Shown here piece after piece: positions 7,184 through 15,831 of a stretch of DNA of 26,878 nucleotides. Origin of the DNA: a virus. Taxonomy: Duplodnaviria > Heunggongvirae > Uroviricota > Caudoviricetes. The notes under the pieces are model-generated. The model saw only the letters and a program-made list of their open reading frames with translations, searched no databases and was not told where the DNA came from. The stretch's first letter is position 1. Each line of letters opens with the position of its first letter. The stretch lies in IMG/VR virus record IMGVR_UViG_2698536476_000007; one strand, given 5' to 3'. The position numbers and the translations under genes were made by a program.

Positions 7184-7435
7184 ATGTCATCTACAAAATT
7201 AGTTAAAACTATCCTTTTCCATGGAGATAATAAATATGAAGTTTATGCAACCTCCGAGTACGCTGACGTAGATAGAATCATTCATTACAAGTTACGCTCA
7301 TGTAAAAACACAGATGGTTCAGATGGCAAGTCTGAATCTATATGGGTTGTATATAATCCTGCTGTTCAACTACCGGATGATCTGAACTACAAAAAAGTTA
7401 GCAACATAGCTCCTTATCTTGAAAAGTTACAATAA
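7184..7435 (+). CDS. Hypothetical 83-aa protein; AT-rich moron with its own RBS and terminator
   Basis: AGGAG RBS 6 nt upstream of the ATG; AT-rich codon usage unlike flanking phage genes; intrinsic terminator immediately downstream. No family recognised. Confidence 0.55.
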   Translation: MSSTKLVKTILFHGDNKYEVYATSEYADVDRIIHYKLRSCKNTDGSDGKSESIWVVYNPAVQLPDDLNYKKVSNIAPYLEKLQ

Positions 7436-7457
7436 ACTTCCTTTTCCACATGCTAAA

Positions 7458-7483
7458 AGCCTCGTATTCGCGGGGCTTTTTAT
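7458..7483 (+). terminator. Intrinsic terminator after the 7184-7435 moron
   Basis: GCCTCG-tattcg-CGGGGC stem (one G-T wobble) followed by TTTTTATT. Confidence 0.55.
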
Positions 7484-7493
7484 TGTCATTACA

Positions 7494-7519
7494 AAAGCCA
7501 CTCCCTACAGAGTGGCTTT
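7494..7519. terminator. Perfect 10-bp hairpin (AAGCCACTC-cctaca-GAGTGGCTT); possible opposite-strand or bidirectional terminator partner
   Basis: Perfect inverted repeat; on the - strand the stem is followed by TTTTGTAATG. Confidence 0.3.
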
Positions 7520-7647
7520 GATAATGGTTTATACCCTACACGGGATAACTTAACTGATATCCCTTTTAACGGATAAACGGAGCCAACAATGGCAGAGAAT
7601 GTCGGCATTATGGCAGTTAAATTTGGATAAATCGGAGATTAGTACAT

Positions 7648-7998
7648 ATGCCGCCACGAATCCCGAAAGCCTGCCGTGCTCGAGGTTGCCGTAATACCAC
7701 CACTGACCCGTCAGGCTATTGCGAAAGCCACAAAAGCGAAGGCTGGAAGCAATACAAACCTGGACAATCCCGTCATCAGCGCGGCTACGGTTCGAAGTGG
7801 GACAGTATCCGCGCGCGTGTCCTGAAGCGTGACAAAGGCCTGTGTCAGTTATGTCTGCGTTCTGGTGTGGTGCGTGAGGCGAAAACTGTTGACCACATCA
7901 TCCCTAAAGCGCATGGCGGCACTGATGCTGACAGTAATCTGCAGAGTCTGTGCTGGCCGTGTCATAAGGCGAAGACGGCCCGTGAACGGTTAAAGTGA
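7648..7998 (+). CDS. HNH endonuclease (packaging-associated, upstream of terminase)
   Basis: Cys pairs (CRARGC...C) plus 'VDHIIPKAHGGTDADSNLQSLCWPCHKAK' is the HNH motif; classic HNH-cos-TerS-TerL arrangement of HK97-like phages. Confidence 0.85.
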   Translation: MPPRIPKACRARGCRNTTTDPSGYCESHKSEGWKQYKPGQSRHQRGYGSKWDSIRARVLKRDKGLCQLCLRSGVVREAKTVDHIIPKAHGGTDADSNLQSLCWPCHKAKTARERLK

Positions 7999-8018
7999 TA
8001 ATAATTCTCAACTGTCTG

Positions 8019-8086
8019 AGGGGAGGGGCGGGTCAAATCCCTGTGACCTGACGTCTTCCGGACTGCCCGCCCCATCGTTTTTTTAT
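8019..8086. other. Candidate cos/packaging-initiation region (GC-rich inverted repeat GGGGCGGG...CCCGCCCC followed by a T7 run)
   Basis: Located in the HNH-to-terminase-small intergenic gap where HK97-like phages carry cos. 8-bp perfect inverted repeat separated by 33 bp, then ATCGTTTTTTTAT. Confidence 0.3.
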
Positions 8087-8123
8087 ACCCGCGAAAAATG
8101 AAATTTAACCAGGAGTGCCGCAT

Positions 8124-8618
8124 ATGGCTGGAACGGCGGGGCGTTCCGGGCGTCGCCCCAAGCCAACGGCGCGCAAGGCGCTGGCCGGAAACCCCGGCAA
8201 GCGAGCCCTGAATAAAGATGAACCTGTTTTTACGCCCATCAAAGGTGTTGAGCCACCGGAGTGGTTCGCAGAAGAAAATCTCCCTCTCGCCACGATCATG
8301 TGGCAACTGACAACCAAAGAACTCTGCGGTCAGGGCCTGTTGTGCGTGACTGACCTCGCGGTGCTTGAGCGGTGGTGCGTGGCCTATGAGTTCTGGCGAC
8401 GTGCCGTGAAAAATATTGCCATACAGGGCAACACCATCACCGGTGCAATGGGCGGCAGGGTCAAAAATCCGGAGCTGACCGCCAAAAAAGAACAGGAGTC
8501 CGAGATGAGCAGCACGGGGGCAATGCTCGGACTCGACCCCAGCAGCCGCCAGCGTCTGATTGGCCTGGCGGGGCAGAAGAAAGCCACTAACCCGTTTCTG
8601 AAAATCATCGAGTCATGA
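8124..8618 (+). CDS. Terminase small subunit (P27 family-like)
   Basis: AGGAG RBS at 8111-8115 precedes ATG 8124; basic N-terminus and position immediately upstream of, and overlapping, the large terminase subunit. Confidence 0.8.
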   Translation: MAGTAGRSGRRPKPTARKALAGNPGKRALNKDEPVFTPIKGVEPPEWFAEENLPLATIMWQLTTKELCGQGLLCVTDLAVLERWCVAYEFWRRAVKNIAIQGNTITGAMGGRVKNPELTAKKEQESEMSSTGAMLGLDPSSRQRLIGLAGQKKATNPFLKIIES

Positions 8619-10348
8619 GCCGGAAATCTTACCCCAACGTAAATGCTGCCAATCAGTATGCCCGTGATGTTGTGCGCGGAAAGATTGTGGCCTGCCAGTT
8701 TGTGATTCAGGCCTGCCAGCGCCATCTTGATGACCTGATGGCGGAAAAAAGTAAGTCGTTTCGTTACCGCTTCGACAAGGACCTGGCTGAACGGGCCGCC
8801 AAATTTATTCAGCTGTTGCCGCACACCAAGGGTGAGTGGGCATTCAAGAGGATGCCCATCACGCTGGAGCCGTGGCAGCTATTTGTGGTCTGCTGTGCGT
8901 TTGGCTGGGTCAATAAAGGGTCCCGGCTGCGCCGCTTCCGGGAGGTGTATACCGAAATCCCCCGTAAGAACGGCAAATCGGCAATCTCTGCCGGTGTTGC
9001 CCTGTATTGTTTTGCCTGTGATAACGAGTTTGGCGCGGAAGTGTATTCCGGTGCCACGACAGAGAAACAGGCGTGGGAAGTCTTTCGCCCGGCGCGACTG
9101 ATGTGTAAACGCACACCCATGCTGACGGAAGCGTTCGGGATTGAGGTTAACGCCTCAAACATTAATCGTCCGGAGGATGGCGCGCGGTTTGAACCGCTGA
9201 TCGGTAACCCCGGTGATGGTTCATCACCCCACTGTGCGGTGGTGGATGAATATCACGAGCACGCCACCGATGCGCTTTACACCACGATGCTTACCGGGAT
9301 GGGGGCGCGACGTCAGCCACTGATGTGGGCCATTACTACTGCCGGGTACAACATTGAGGGGCCGTGCTACGACAAGCGACGGGAAGTTATCGAGATGCTC
9401 AACGGGTCGGTACCCAACGATGAACTGTTCGGGATCATCTATACCGTTGACGAAGGCGATGACTGGACCGACCCGCAGGTGCTGGAAAAAGCTAACCCGA
9501 ATATTGGCGTGTCGGTTTATCGCGAATTTTTGTTAAGTCAGCAGCAGCGTGCGAAAAATAACGCCCGTCTGGCAAACGTCTTTAAAACAAAACACCTCAA
9601 TATCTGGGTGTCGGCGCGTTCGGCGTATTTCAACCTGGTGAGCTGGCAGAGCTGCGAGGATAAATCACTGACCCTTGAGCAGTTCGAGGGGCAGCCGTGC
9701 ATTCTGGCCTTTGACCTGGCGCGTAAGCTGGATATGAACAGCATGGCGCGACTTTATACCCGCGAGATTGACGGTAAAACGCATTACTACAGTGTGGCTC
9801 CGCGCTTCTGGGTACCGTATGACACGGTGTACAGCGTCGAGAAAAATGAAGATCGCCGGACAGCCGAACGCTTTCAGAAATGGGTGGAAATGGGCGTTCT
9901 GACCGTTACCGATGGTGCGGAGGTGGATTATCGCTACATCCTCGAGGAGGCCAAAGCGGCGAACAAAATCAGCCCGGTCAGTGAGTCACCCATCGACCCC
10001 TTCGGGGCGACCGGGTTGTCACATGACCTTGCTGATGAAGACCTGAATCCCGTCACTATCATTCAGAACTACACCAACATGTCCGACCCGATGAAAGAGC
10101 TGGAAGCGGCAATTGAATCGGGGCGCTTTCATCATGATGGCAATCCCATCATGACCTGGTGTATCGGCAATGTGGTCGGCAAAACCATTCCGGGTAACGA
10201 TGATGTGGTGAAACCCGTCAAAGAGCAGGCGGAAAACAAAATTGACGGTGCAGTTGCGCTGATTATGGCGGTTGGCAGAGCCATGCTGTACGAGAAAGAA
10301 GACACGCTGTCTGACCACATTGAGTCCTATGGGATCCGCTCGCTTTAA
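8615..10348 (+). CDS. Terminase large subunit
   Basis: 577 aa; size and position (ATGA overlap with the small subunit, followed by portal), with acidic/ATPase-like motifs such as '[11 protein letters not shown]'. Confidence 0.9.
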   Translation: MSRKSYPNVNAANQYARDVVRGKIVACQFVIQACQRHLDDLMAEKSKSFRYRFDKDLAERAAKFIQLLPHTKGEWAFKRMPITLEPWQLFVVCCAFGWVNKGSRLRRFREVYTEIPRKNGKSAISAGVALYCFACDNEFGAEVYSGATTEKQAWEVFRPARLMCKRTPMLTEAFGIEVNASNINRPEDGARFEPLIGNPGDGSSPHCAVVDEYHEHATDALYTTMLTGMGARRQPLMWAITTAGYNIEGPCYDKRREVIEMLNGSVPNDELFGIIYTVDEGDDWTDPQVLEKANPNIGVSVYREFLLSQQQRAKNNARLANVFKTKHLNIWVSARSAYFNLVSWQSCEDKSLTLEQFEGQPCILAFDLARKLDMNSMARLYTREIDGKTHYYSVAPRFWVPYDTVYSVEKNEDRRTAERFQKWVEMGVLTVTDGAEVDYRYILEEAKAANKISPVSESPIDPFGATGLSHDLADEDLNPVTIIQNYTNMSDPMKELEAAIESGRFHHDGNPIMTWCIGNVVGKTIPGNDDVVKPVKEQAENKIDGAVALIMAVGRAMLYEKEDTLSDHIESYGIRSL

Positions 10349-10359
10349 CTGAGGTAATT

Positions 10360-10542
10360 ATGATCATGCTGATTCTCGCGCCTCTGGTGGGCGTGCTGGG
10401 GGCGCTTTTGCTGGCGTATGGTGCCTGGCTGATTTATCCCCCGGCGGGGTTTGTTGTTGCCGGGGCGTTGTGCCTGTTCTGGTCGTGGCTGGTAGCGCGA
10501 TATCTCGATCGTACACAGCTGTCTGTTGGTGGAGGTAAATAG
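10360..10542 (+). CDS. Small hypothetical membrane protein (two predicted TM helices)
   Basis: 60 aa, almost entirely hydrophobic ([26 protein letters not shown]...[13 protein letters not shown]); wedged between terminase and portal. Confidence 0.4.
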   Translation: MIMLILAPLVGVLGALLLAYGAWLIYPPAGFVVAGALCLFWSWLVARYLDRTQLSVGGGK

Positions 10543-11783
10543 TGTTCTTTTCGGGATTATTTCAACGAAAAAGTGACGCACCGGTGACCACGCCAGCAGA
10601 GCTGGCGGATGCCATCGGGTTGTCCTACGACACCTATACCGGAAAGCAGATCAGCAGTCAGCGGGCCATGCGACTGACGGCGGTTTTTTCCTGCGTCAGA
10701 GTGCTGGCAGAGTCGGTCGGGATGTTGCCCTGCAATCTGTATCACCTGAACGGCAGCCTGAAGCAGAGAGCCACCGGCGAACGTCTGCATAAACTGATCT
10801 CCACGCATCCCAATGGCTATATGACGCCGCAGGAGTTCTGGGAGCTGGTGGTCACCTGTCTGTGCCTGCGGGGAAACTTTTACGCCTACAAAGTGAAAGC
10901 ATTTGGCGAAGTGGCTGAACTGCTGCCCGTCGATCCCGGCTGTGTGGAACCGAAGCTTAACAGTAGCTGGGAGCCGATCTATCAGGTCACATTCCCGGAT
11001 GGCTCCACGGATGTACTGAGCCAGGAGGATATCTGGCATGTGCGCACGCTGACGCTGGACGGACTGGTGGGGCTGAATCCCATCGCCTATGCCCGCGAGG
11101 CAATATCGCTGGCGGCAGCGACCGAAGAGCACGGGGCCAGACTGTTCAGCAATGGCGCGGTGACGTCGGGTGTGTTGCGTACAGAGCAGACGCTGTCAGA
11201 TCAGGCTTATGAGCGCCTGAAGAAAGATTTTGAGGAGCGTCACACCGGGCTTGGCAATGCTCACCGCCCGATGATCCTTGAGATGGGGCTGGACTGGAAG
11301 TCGATGGCGCTGAACGCCGAGGACAGCCAGTTCCTGGAAACCCGCAAGTTTCAGCTTGAAGAAATCTGTCGTCTGTTCCGGGTGCCGTTGCACATGGTGC
11401 AGAACACCGATCGCGCCACCTTCAACAATATCGAAGAGCTGGGGCTGGGATTTATCAACTATTCACTGGTGCCGTATCTGACCCGCATCGAACAGCGGAT
11501 CAACACCGGACTGGTACGAAAAAGTAAGCAGGGCGTTTATTACGCCAAATTTAACGCCGGGGCGTTACTGCGCGGGGATATGAAGTCCCGTTTTGAAGCC
11601 TACGCCACCGGGATCAACTGGGGAATTTACTCTCCCAATGACTGCCGCGACCTGGAAGATATGAATCCGCGTCCCGGTGGTGATGTCTATCTCACACCGA
11701 TGAACATGACCACGAAACCCTCCGATGGCAGTAAAGCCGTTAAGCAGAAGGATAACGCCAATGCAGACGAAACAACGTCTTGA
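10542..11783 (+). CDS. Portal protein (HK97 family)
   Basis: 413 aa following the large terminase; GTG start with GGAGG RBS at 10530-10534; followed by protease and capsid. Confidence 0.85.
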   Translation: MFFSGLFQRKSDAPVTTPAELADAIGLSYDTYTGKQISSQRAMRLTAVFSCVRVLAESVGMLPCNLYHLNGSLKQRATGERLHKLISTHPNGYMTPQEFWELVVTCLCLRGNFYAYKVKAFGEVAELLPVDPGCVEPKLNSSWEPIYQVTFPDGSTDVLSQEDIWHVRTLTLDGLVGLNPIAYAREAISLAAATEEHGARLFSNGAVTSGVLRTEQTLSDQAYERLKKDFEERHTGLGNAHRPMILEMGLDWKSMALNAEDSQFLETRKFQLEEICRLFRVPLHMVQNTDRATFNNIEELGLGFINYSLVPYLTRIEQRINTGLVRKSKQGVYYAKFNAGALLRGDMKSRFEAYATGINWGIYSPNDCRDLEDMNPRPGGDVYLTPMNMTTKPSDGSKAVKQKDNANADETTS

Positions 11784-12411
11784 TGTACCGCTGAGTCTGA
11801 AATCTGTCAGTGACTCCGGTGAGTTTGAAGGGTATGGCTCCGTCTTTGGTGTAAAGGACAGCCACGATGATGTGGTGATGTCCGGGGCATTTGCTGCTTC
11901 CCTGCGGGCGTGGAGTGACAGAAAAGCGTTACCTGCGCTGCTCTGGCAGCACCGCATGGATGAACCCATCGGTGTTTACACCGAAATGAAGGAAGACGAT
12001 GTCGGGCTTTACGTCAGGGGACGGTTGCTTATTGATGATGATCCCCTCGCAAAACGCGCACATGCACACATGAAGGCCGGTTCGTTAACCGGCCTTTCTA
12101 TTGGGTACGTCCTGAAAGACTGGGAATACGACCGGAGCAAAGAAGCCTTTCTGCTGAAAGAAATCGACCTCTGGGAAGTCAGCCTGGTGACGTTCCCGTC
12201 TAACGACGAGGCGCGGATCAGCGACGTCAAGAACGCACTGGCCCGCGGGGAAATCCCCGAACAGAAAAAAATCGAAAGAGTCCTGCGTGATGTCGGACTC
12301 TCCCGTACCCAGGCCAAAGCATTCATGGCCGGGGGCTATGGCGCACTGTCCCTGCGCGACGCTGAGGATGTGGGCTCTGCACTGAATGCACTGAAAAATC
12401 TGAACTTCTAA
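11761..12411 (+). CDS. Prohead maturation protease (HK97 family)
   Basis: Position between portal and capsid, about 216 aa. AAGGA RBS precedes ATG 11761; the track's 11725 start lies deep inside the portal gene. Confidence 0.8.
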   Translation: MQTKQRLDVPLSLKSVSDSGEFEGYGSVFGVKDSHDDVVMSGAFAASLRAWSDRKALPALLWQHRMDEPIGVYTEMKEDDVGLYVRGRLLIDDDPLAKRAHAHMKAGSLTGLSIGYVLKDWEYDRSKEAFLLKEIDLWEVSLVTFPSNDEARISDVKNALARGEIPEQKKIERVLRDVGLSRTQAKAFMAGGYGALSLRDAEDVGSALNALKNLNF

Positions 12412-12425
12412 TCAGGAGAAATACG

Positions 12426-13631
12426 ATGGCGGTTGATATTAAAGATGTCGAACAGGTCGCGCAGGAGCTGCAGCAGAAGTTTGACGACTTCAAAGCAAAG
12501 AACGACAAGCGCGTGGATGCGATTGAGCAGGAAAAAGGCAAGCTTGCCGGGCAGGTGGAAACCCTGAACGGGAAACTCAGCGAGCTGGAAAATCTCAAAA
12601 GCGACCTTGAAAAAGAGCTGCTTGAGCTGAAACGTCCGGCAGGTGGTGCGCAAAATAAACTGGCCACCGAGCATAAAGAGGCGTTTGTGGGCTTCCTGCG
12701 TAAAGGCCGTGAAGACGGTCTGCGCGATCTGGAGCGTAAGGCATTGCAGGTGGGTACCGATGAAGACGGTGGCTACGCCGTGCCGGAAGAACTGGATCGC
12801 AACATTCTTAACCTGCTGAAAGATGAAGTGGTGATGCGTCAGGAAGCCACGGTGATCACCGTTGGCGGTTCCGACTACAAAAAACTGGTGAATCTGGGCG
12901 GTACGGCTTCCGGATGGGTGGGGGAAACGGATACGCGATCCCAGACTGCCACCTCCAGACTGGAGCTGATTGAACCTCTCATGGGGGAAATTTACGGCAA
13001 CCCGCAGGCTACCCAGAAAATGCTGGACGATGCCTTCTTCAACGTGGAGGCCTGGATCAACAGCGAGCTGGCAACCGAATTTGCCGAACAGGAAGAAATT
13101 GCCTTTACCTCAGGCGATGGCACCAAGAAGCCGAAAGGGTTCCTGGCGTATGAATCCACTGATGAAACCGACAAGGTCCGGGCGTTCGGCAAACTTCAGC
13201 ATATTGTATCCGGCGAAGCGACCGCGGTGACCGCAGACGCCATTATCAAACTGATTTACACGCTGCGTAAGGCACACCGCACTGGCGCGAAGTTCATGAT
13301 GAACAACAACAGCCTGTTTGCCATCCGTCTGCTGAAAGACACCGAGGGTAACTATCTGTGGCGTCCTGGGCTGGAACTGGGGCAGCCATCCTCTCTGGCG
13401 GGTTACGGTATCGCTGAAAACGAGCAGATGCCGGATATTGCCGCGGATGCGAAAGCCATTGCATTTGGTAACTTCAAACGGGGTTACACCATCGTTGACC
13501 GTATCGGTACCCGCATTCTTCGCGATCCGTACACCAATAAACCGTTTGTCGGTTTTTATACCACCAAGCGCACCGGCGGCATGCTGGTCGATTCGCAGGC
13601 CATCAAACTGCTGAAGATTGCAGCGGCGTAA
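12426..13631 (+). CDS. Major capsid protein (HK97 fold) with N-terminal coiled-coil delta/scaffold domain
   Basis: 401 aa; N-terminal 100 aa coiled-coil-like (QELQQKFDDFKAKNDKRVDAIEQEKGKLAG...); AGGAG RBS; follows the protease. Confidence 0.9.
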   Translation: MAVDIKDVEQVAQELQQKFDDFKAKNDKRVDAIEQEKGKLAGQVETLNGKLSELENLKSDLEKELLELKRPAGGAQNKLATEHKEAFVGFLRKGREDGLRDLERKALQVGTDEDGGYAVPEELDRNILNLLKDEVVMRQEATVITVGGSDYKKLVNLGGTASGWVGETDTRSQTATSRLELIEPLMGEIYGNPQATQKMLDDAFFNVEAWINSELATEFAEQEEIAFTSGDGTKKPKGFLAYESTDETDKVRAFGKLQHIVSGEATAVTADAIIKLIYTLRKAHRTGAKFMMNNNSLFAIRLLKDTEGNYLWRPGLELGQPSSLAGYGIAENEQMPDIAADAKAIAFGNFKRGYTIVDRIGTRILRDPYTNKPFVGFYTTKRTGGMLVDSQAIKLLKIAAA

Positions 13632-13636
13632 TCACT

Positions 13637-13660
13637 CAGGGGCGCGGAACCGCGCCCCCT
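13637..13660 (+). terminator. GC-rich hairpin after the capsid gene (likely attenuating or partial terminator)
   Basis: GGGGCGCG-gaac-CGCGCCCC perfect 8-bp stem followed by CTGTTCTG (weak U tract). Confidence 0.35.
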
Positions 13661-13680
13661 GTTCTGACGGGTGAAGAATC

Positions 13681-13881
13681 ATGATCCTGAAACAAGATCT
13701 GAAATGGTCACCGGACGGTATGCGTGTTGAGGTCATTCGGGCCGGTGAGTATGACGACGGGGCGCTTCCTGCCCGGGTGCAGGAGATTGCACTTCAGGCC
13801 GGGTTAGCAGAGCGCGGAACCAGTGCAAAAAGCAGTAAAGCGACAAAAGAGAAAAAAGCCACGACCAGTAAAGAGGGCTGA
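13681..13881 (+). CDS. Hypothetical small protein (head module)
   Basis: 66-aa ORF co-directional and tightly packed between the capsid and connector genes; lysine-rich C-terminus. Confidence 0.4.
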   Translation: MILKQDLKWSPDGMRVEVIRAGEYDDGALPARVQEIALQAGLAERGTSAKSSKATKEKKATTSKEG

Positions 13882-13883
13882 GT

Positions 13884-14207
13884 ATGCTTCTGACAATGGA
13901 AGAGATTAAAGCCCAACTCCGGCTGGATGAGGATTTCGATGCTGATGACCGCCATCTGCAACTGCTGGCCTGTGCGGCGCAAAAGCGGACGGAAACGTAT
14001 CTGAACCGGAAGCTCTATGCTCCGGATGAAACCATTCCGGACAGCGATCCGGACGGGCTGCACCTGCCGGATGATATTCGTCTGGGGATGCTGATGCTTA
14101 TCAGCCATTTTTACGAAAATCGCTCGTCGGTTACAGACGTTGAGAAAATGGAGTTGCCAATGAGCTTTAACTGGCTTGTCGGCCCGTACAGGTATTTCCC
14201 GCAATGA
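13884..14207 (+). CDS. Head-tail connector protein (gp6-like)
   Basis: 107 aa; position and size; N-terminus 'LTMEEIKAQLRLDEDFDADD' typical of gp6-like connectors; GAGGG RBS. Confidence 0.7.
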   Translation: MLLTMEEIKAQLRLDEDFDADDRHLQLLACAAQKRTETYLNRKLYAPDETIPDSDPDGLHLPDDIRLGMLMLISHFYENRSSVTDVEKMELPMSFNWLVGPYRYFPQ

Positions 14208-14614
14208 AAATTCGTCAGGCGCAGACCAGCGCAACCTACATTCTGCCGGACCCCGGTGAACTGAATAAACGCGTCCTGATCCGCCAGCGGGTGGATATGC
14301 CCGCGGATAACTTTGGCGTGGAGCCTCAATACCCGGTTACGTTCCGGACATGGGCGAAGGTTATCCAGACCAGTGCCACCACCTGGCAGGAAACCGCGCA
14401 GACCGGGGACGCCATCACCCATTACATCACCATTCGTTACCGCCGGGGGATCACCGCTGATTATGAGGTGGTCTGCGGTGACAGTGTGTACCGGGTGAAA
14501 CGTCAGCGCGATCTGAACGGGGCGCGGCGCTTTCTGCTGCTGGAGTGTACGGAGCTGGGCGAATGTAGGCAGAGTCACGGAGGCAACAATGACGACTTCC
14601 TTTTTGCACGTTGA
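14204..14614 (+). CDS. Head closure / head-tail adaptor protein
   Basis: 136 aa; ATGA overlap with the previous gene; position in the head-completion cluster. Confidence 0.6.
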   Translation: MKIRQAQTSATYILPDPGELNKRVLIRQRVDMPADNFGVEPQYPVTFRTWAKVIQTSATTWQETAQTGDAITHYITIRYRRGITADYEVVCGDSVYRVKRQRDLNGARRFLLLECTELGECRQSHGGNNDDFLFAR

Positions 14615-15095
14615 TTTTCAGCAGCCCGCGGAGATGCGCTTTAACCGCGCCCGTGTCCGGCGGGCGTTTGTCACGATTGGTCAGCGTCATATGCGTGATG
14701 CCCGTCGGCTGGTGATGCGCCGTGCACGGTCGGCACCGGGTGAAAACCCCGGTTATCAGACCGGACGCCAGGCTCGTTCAATTGGTTACATGGTACCCAG
14801 AGCCAGTAAACATCGCCCTGGTTTTATGGCACGTATAGCCCCTAACCAGCGTAATGGAGAGGGAAACCGCCGTATCACCGGTGATTTTTATCCGGCTTTT
14901 TTGTTCTATGGCGTGAGGCGAGGGGCAAAGCGTCGTCGCGGCCATCATCGTGGTGCATCCGGTGGCAGCGGCTGGCGACTGGCTCCACGTAATAACTTCA
15001 TGGTGGAAACTCTTGAAAAGAACCGCAGCTGGACACGCTATTTTCTGGCGCGGGAATTGCGTAAATCACTGAAGCCGGAGCGACGACACAGATGA
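14589..15095 (+). CDS. HK97 gp10-like virion morphogenesis / tail completion protein
   Basis: 168 aa, very basic; GGAGG RBS at 14578-14582; position between head closure and tail genes. Confidence 0.55.
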   Translation: MTTSFLHVDFQQPAEMRFNRARVRRAFVTIGQRHMRDARRLVMRRARSAPGENPGYQTGRQARSIGYMVPRASKHRPGFMARIAPNQRNGEGNRRITGDFYPAFLFYGVRRGAKRRRGHHRGASGGSGWRLAPRNNFMVETLEKNRSWTRYFLARELRKSLKPERRHR

Positions 15096-15652
15096 AACTG
15101 ACGCCTGTTATTGCTGCACTGCGTGCCCGTTGTCCGTATTTTGAAAACCGGGTTGCAGGCGCGGCCCAGTTCAAAAATCTGCCGGAGGTCGGAAAGCTGA
15201 AACTCCCGGCGGCATATGTTGTACCGGGTGATGATTCTCCGGGAGAAAACAAAAGCCAGACCGACTACTGGCAGGAGCTGAAAGAGGGTTTCTCCGTGGT
15301 TGTCATACTGAGTAACGGGCGTGATGAGCGCGGTCAGTTTGCCTCGTATGATGTGGTGGACGATGTCCGGCAGATGCTCTTTAAGGCTCTGCTGGGCTGG
15401 AACCCGGAGGCGTGCGGTAACCCGATTACCTATGACGGCGGCACGCTGCTGGATCTGAATCGTCATGAGCTGATTTATCAGTTCGATTTTTCGGTCATCA
15501 GCGAGCTGACTGAAGACGATACCCGCCAGCAGGATGATCTGAACAGTCTGGATGAACTGCAAACGCTGGCGATTGATGTTGATTATCTCGAGCCCGGTAA
15601 CGGGCCTGACGGCGATATCGAACATCACACCGAAATAACCCTTCCTTCCTGA
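15092..15652 (+). CDS. Putative tail terminator / neck protein
   Basis: 186 aa; ATGA overlap with the previous gene; position immediately upstream of the sheath cluster. Confidence 0.5.
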   Translation: MKLTPVIAALRARCPYFENRVAGAAQFKNLPEVGKLKLPAAYVVPGDDSPGENKSQTDYWQELKEGFSVVVILSNGRDERGQFASYDVVDDVRQMLFKALLGWNPEACGNPITYDGGTLLDLNRHELIYQFDFSVISELTEDDTRQQDDLNSLDELQTLAIDVDYLEPGNGPDGDIEHHTEITLPS

Positions 15653-15660
15653 GGATCCTC

Positions 15661-15831
15661 ATGTTTGTCAAACCTGTTAAAGGGCGGTCAGTGCCTGACC
15701 CTGCCCGCGGCGACCTTTTGCCCGCCGAAGGGCGAAATGTTGACGAGAACAACTACTGGCTGCGCCGTGAAGCAGCGGGTGATATCCGGCGCGTGAATAA
15801 AAAGGTGAACACCGATGACGATAAGCTTTAA
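15661..15831 (+). CDS. Small protein upstream of the sheath (DUF2635-like; below the ORF-track size cutoff)
   Basis: ATG 15661 to TAA 15829-15831, translating MFVKPVKGRSVPDPARGDLLPAEGRNVDENNYWLRREAAGDIRRVNKKVNTDDDKL; overlaps the sheath start; conserved position in Mu-like tail clusters. Confidence 0.45.
   Translation: MFVKPVKGRSVPDPARGDLLPAEGRNVDENNYWLRREAAGDIRRVNKKVNTDDDKL

Noticed and set aside
8832-11132. Numerous - strand ORFs (e.g. 8809-9162, 10019-10318, 10557-11132) within terminase and portal
   Set aside because: They lie antisense within GC-rich coding sequence where stop codons are rare, have Arg/Pro-rich low-complexity translations and no independent signals.
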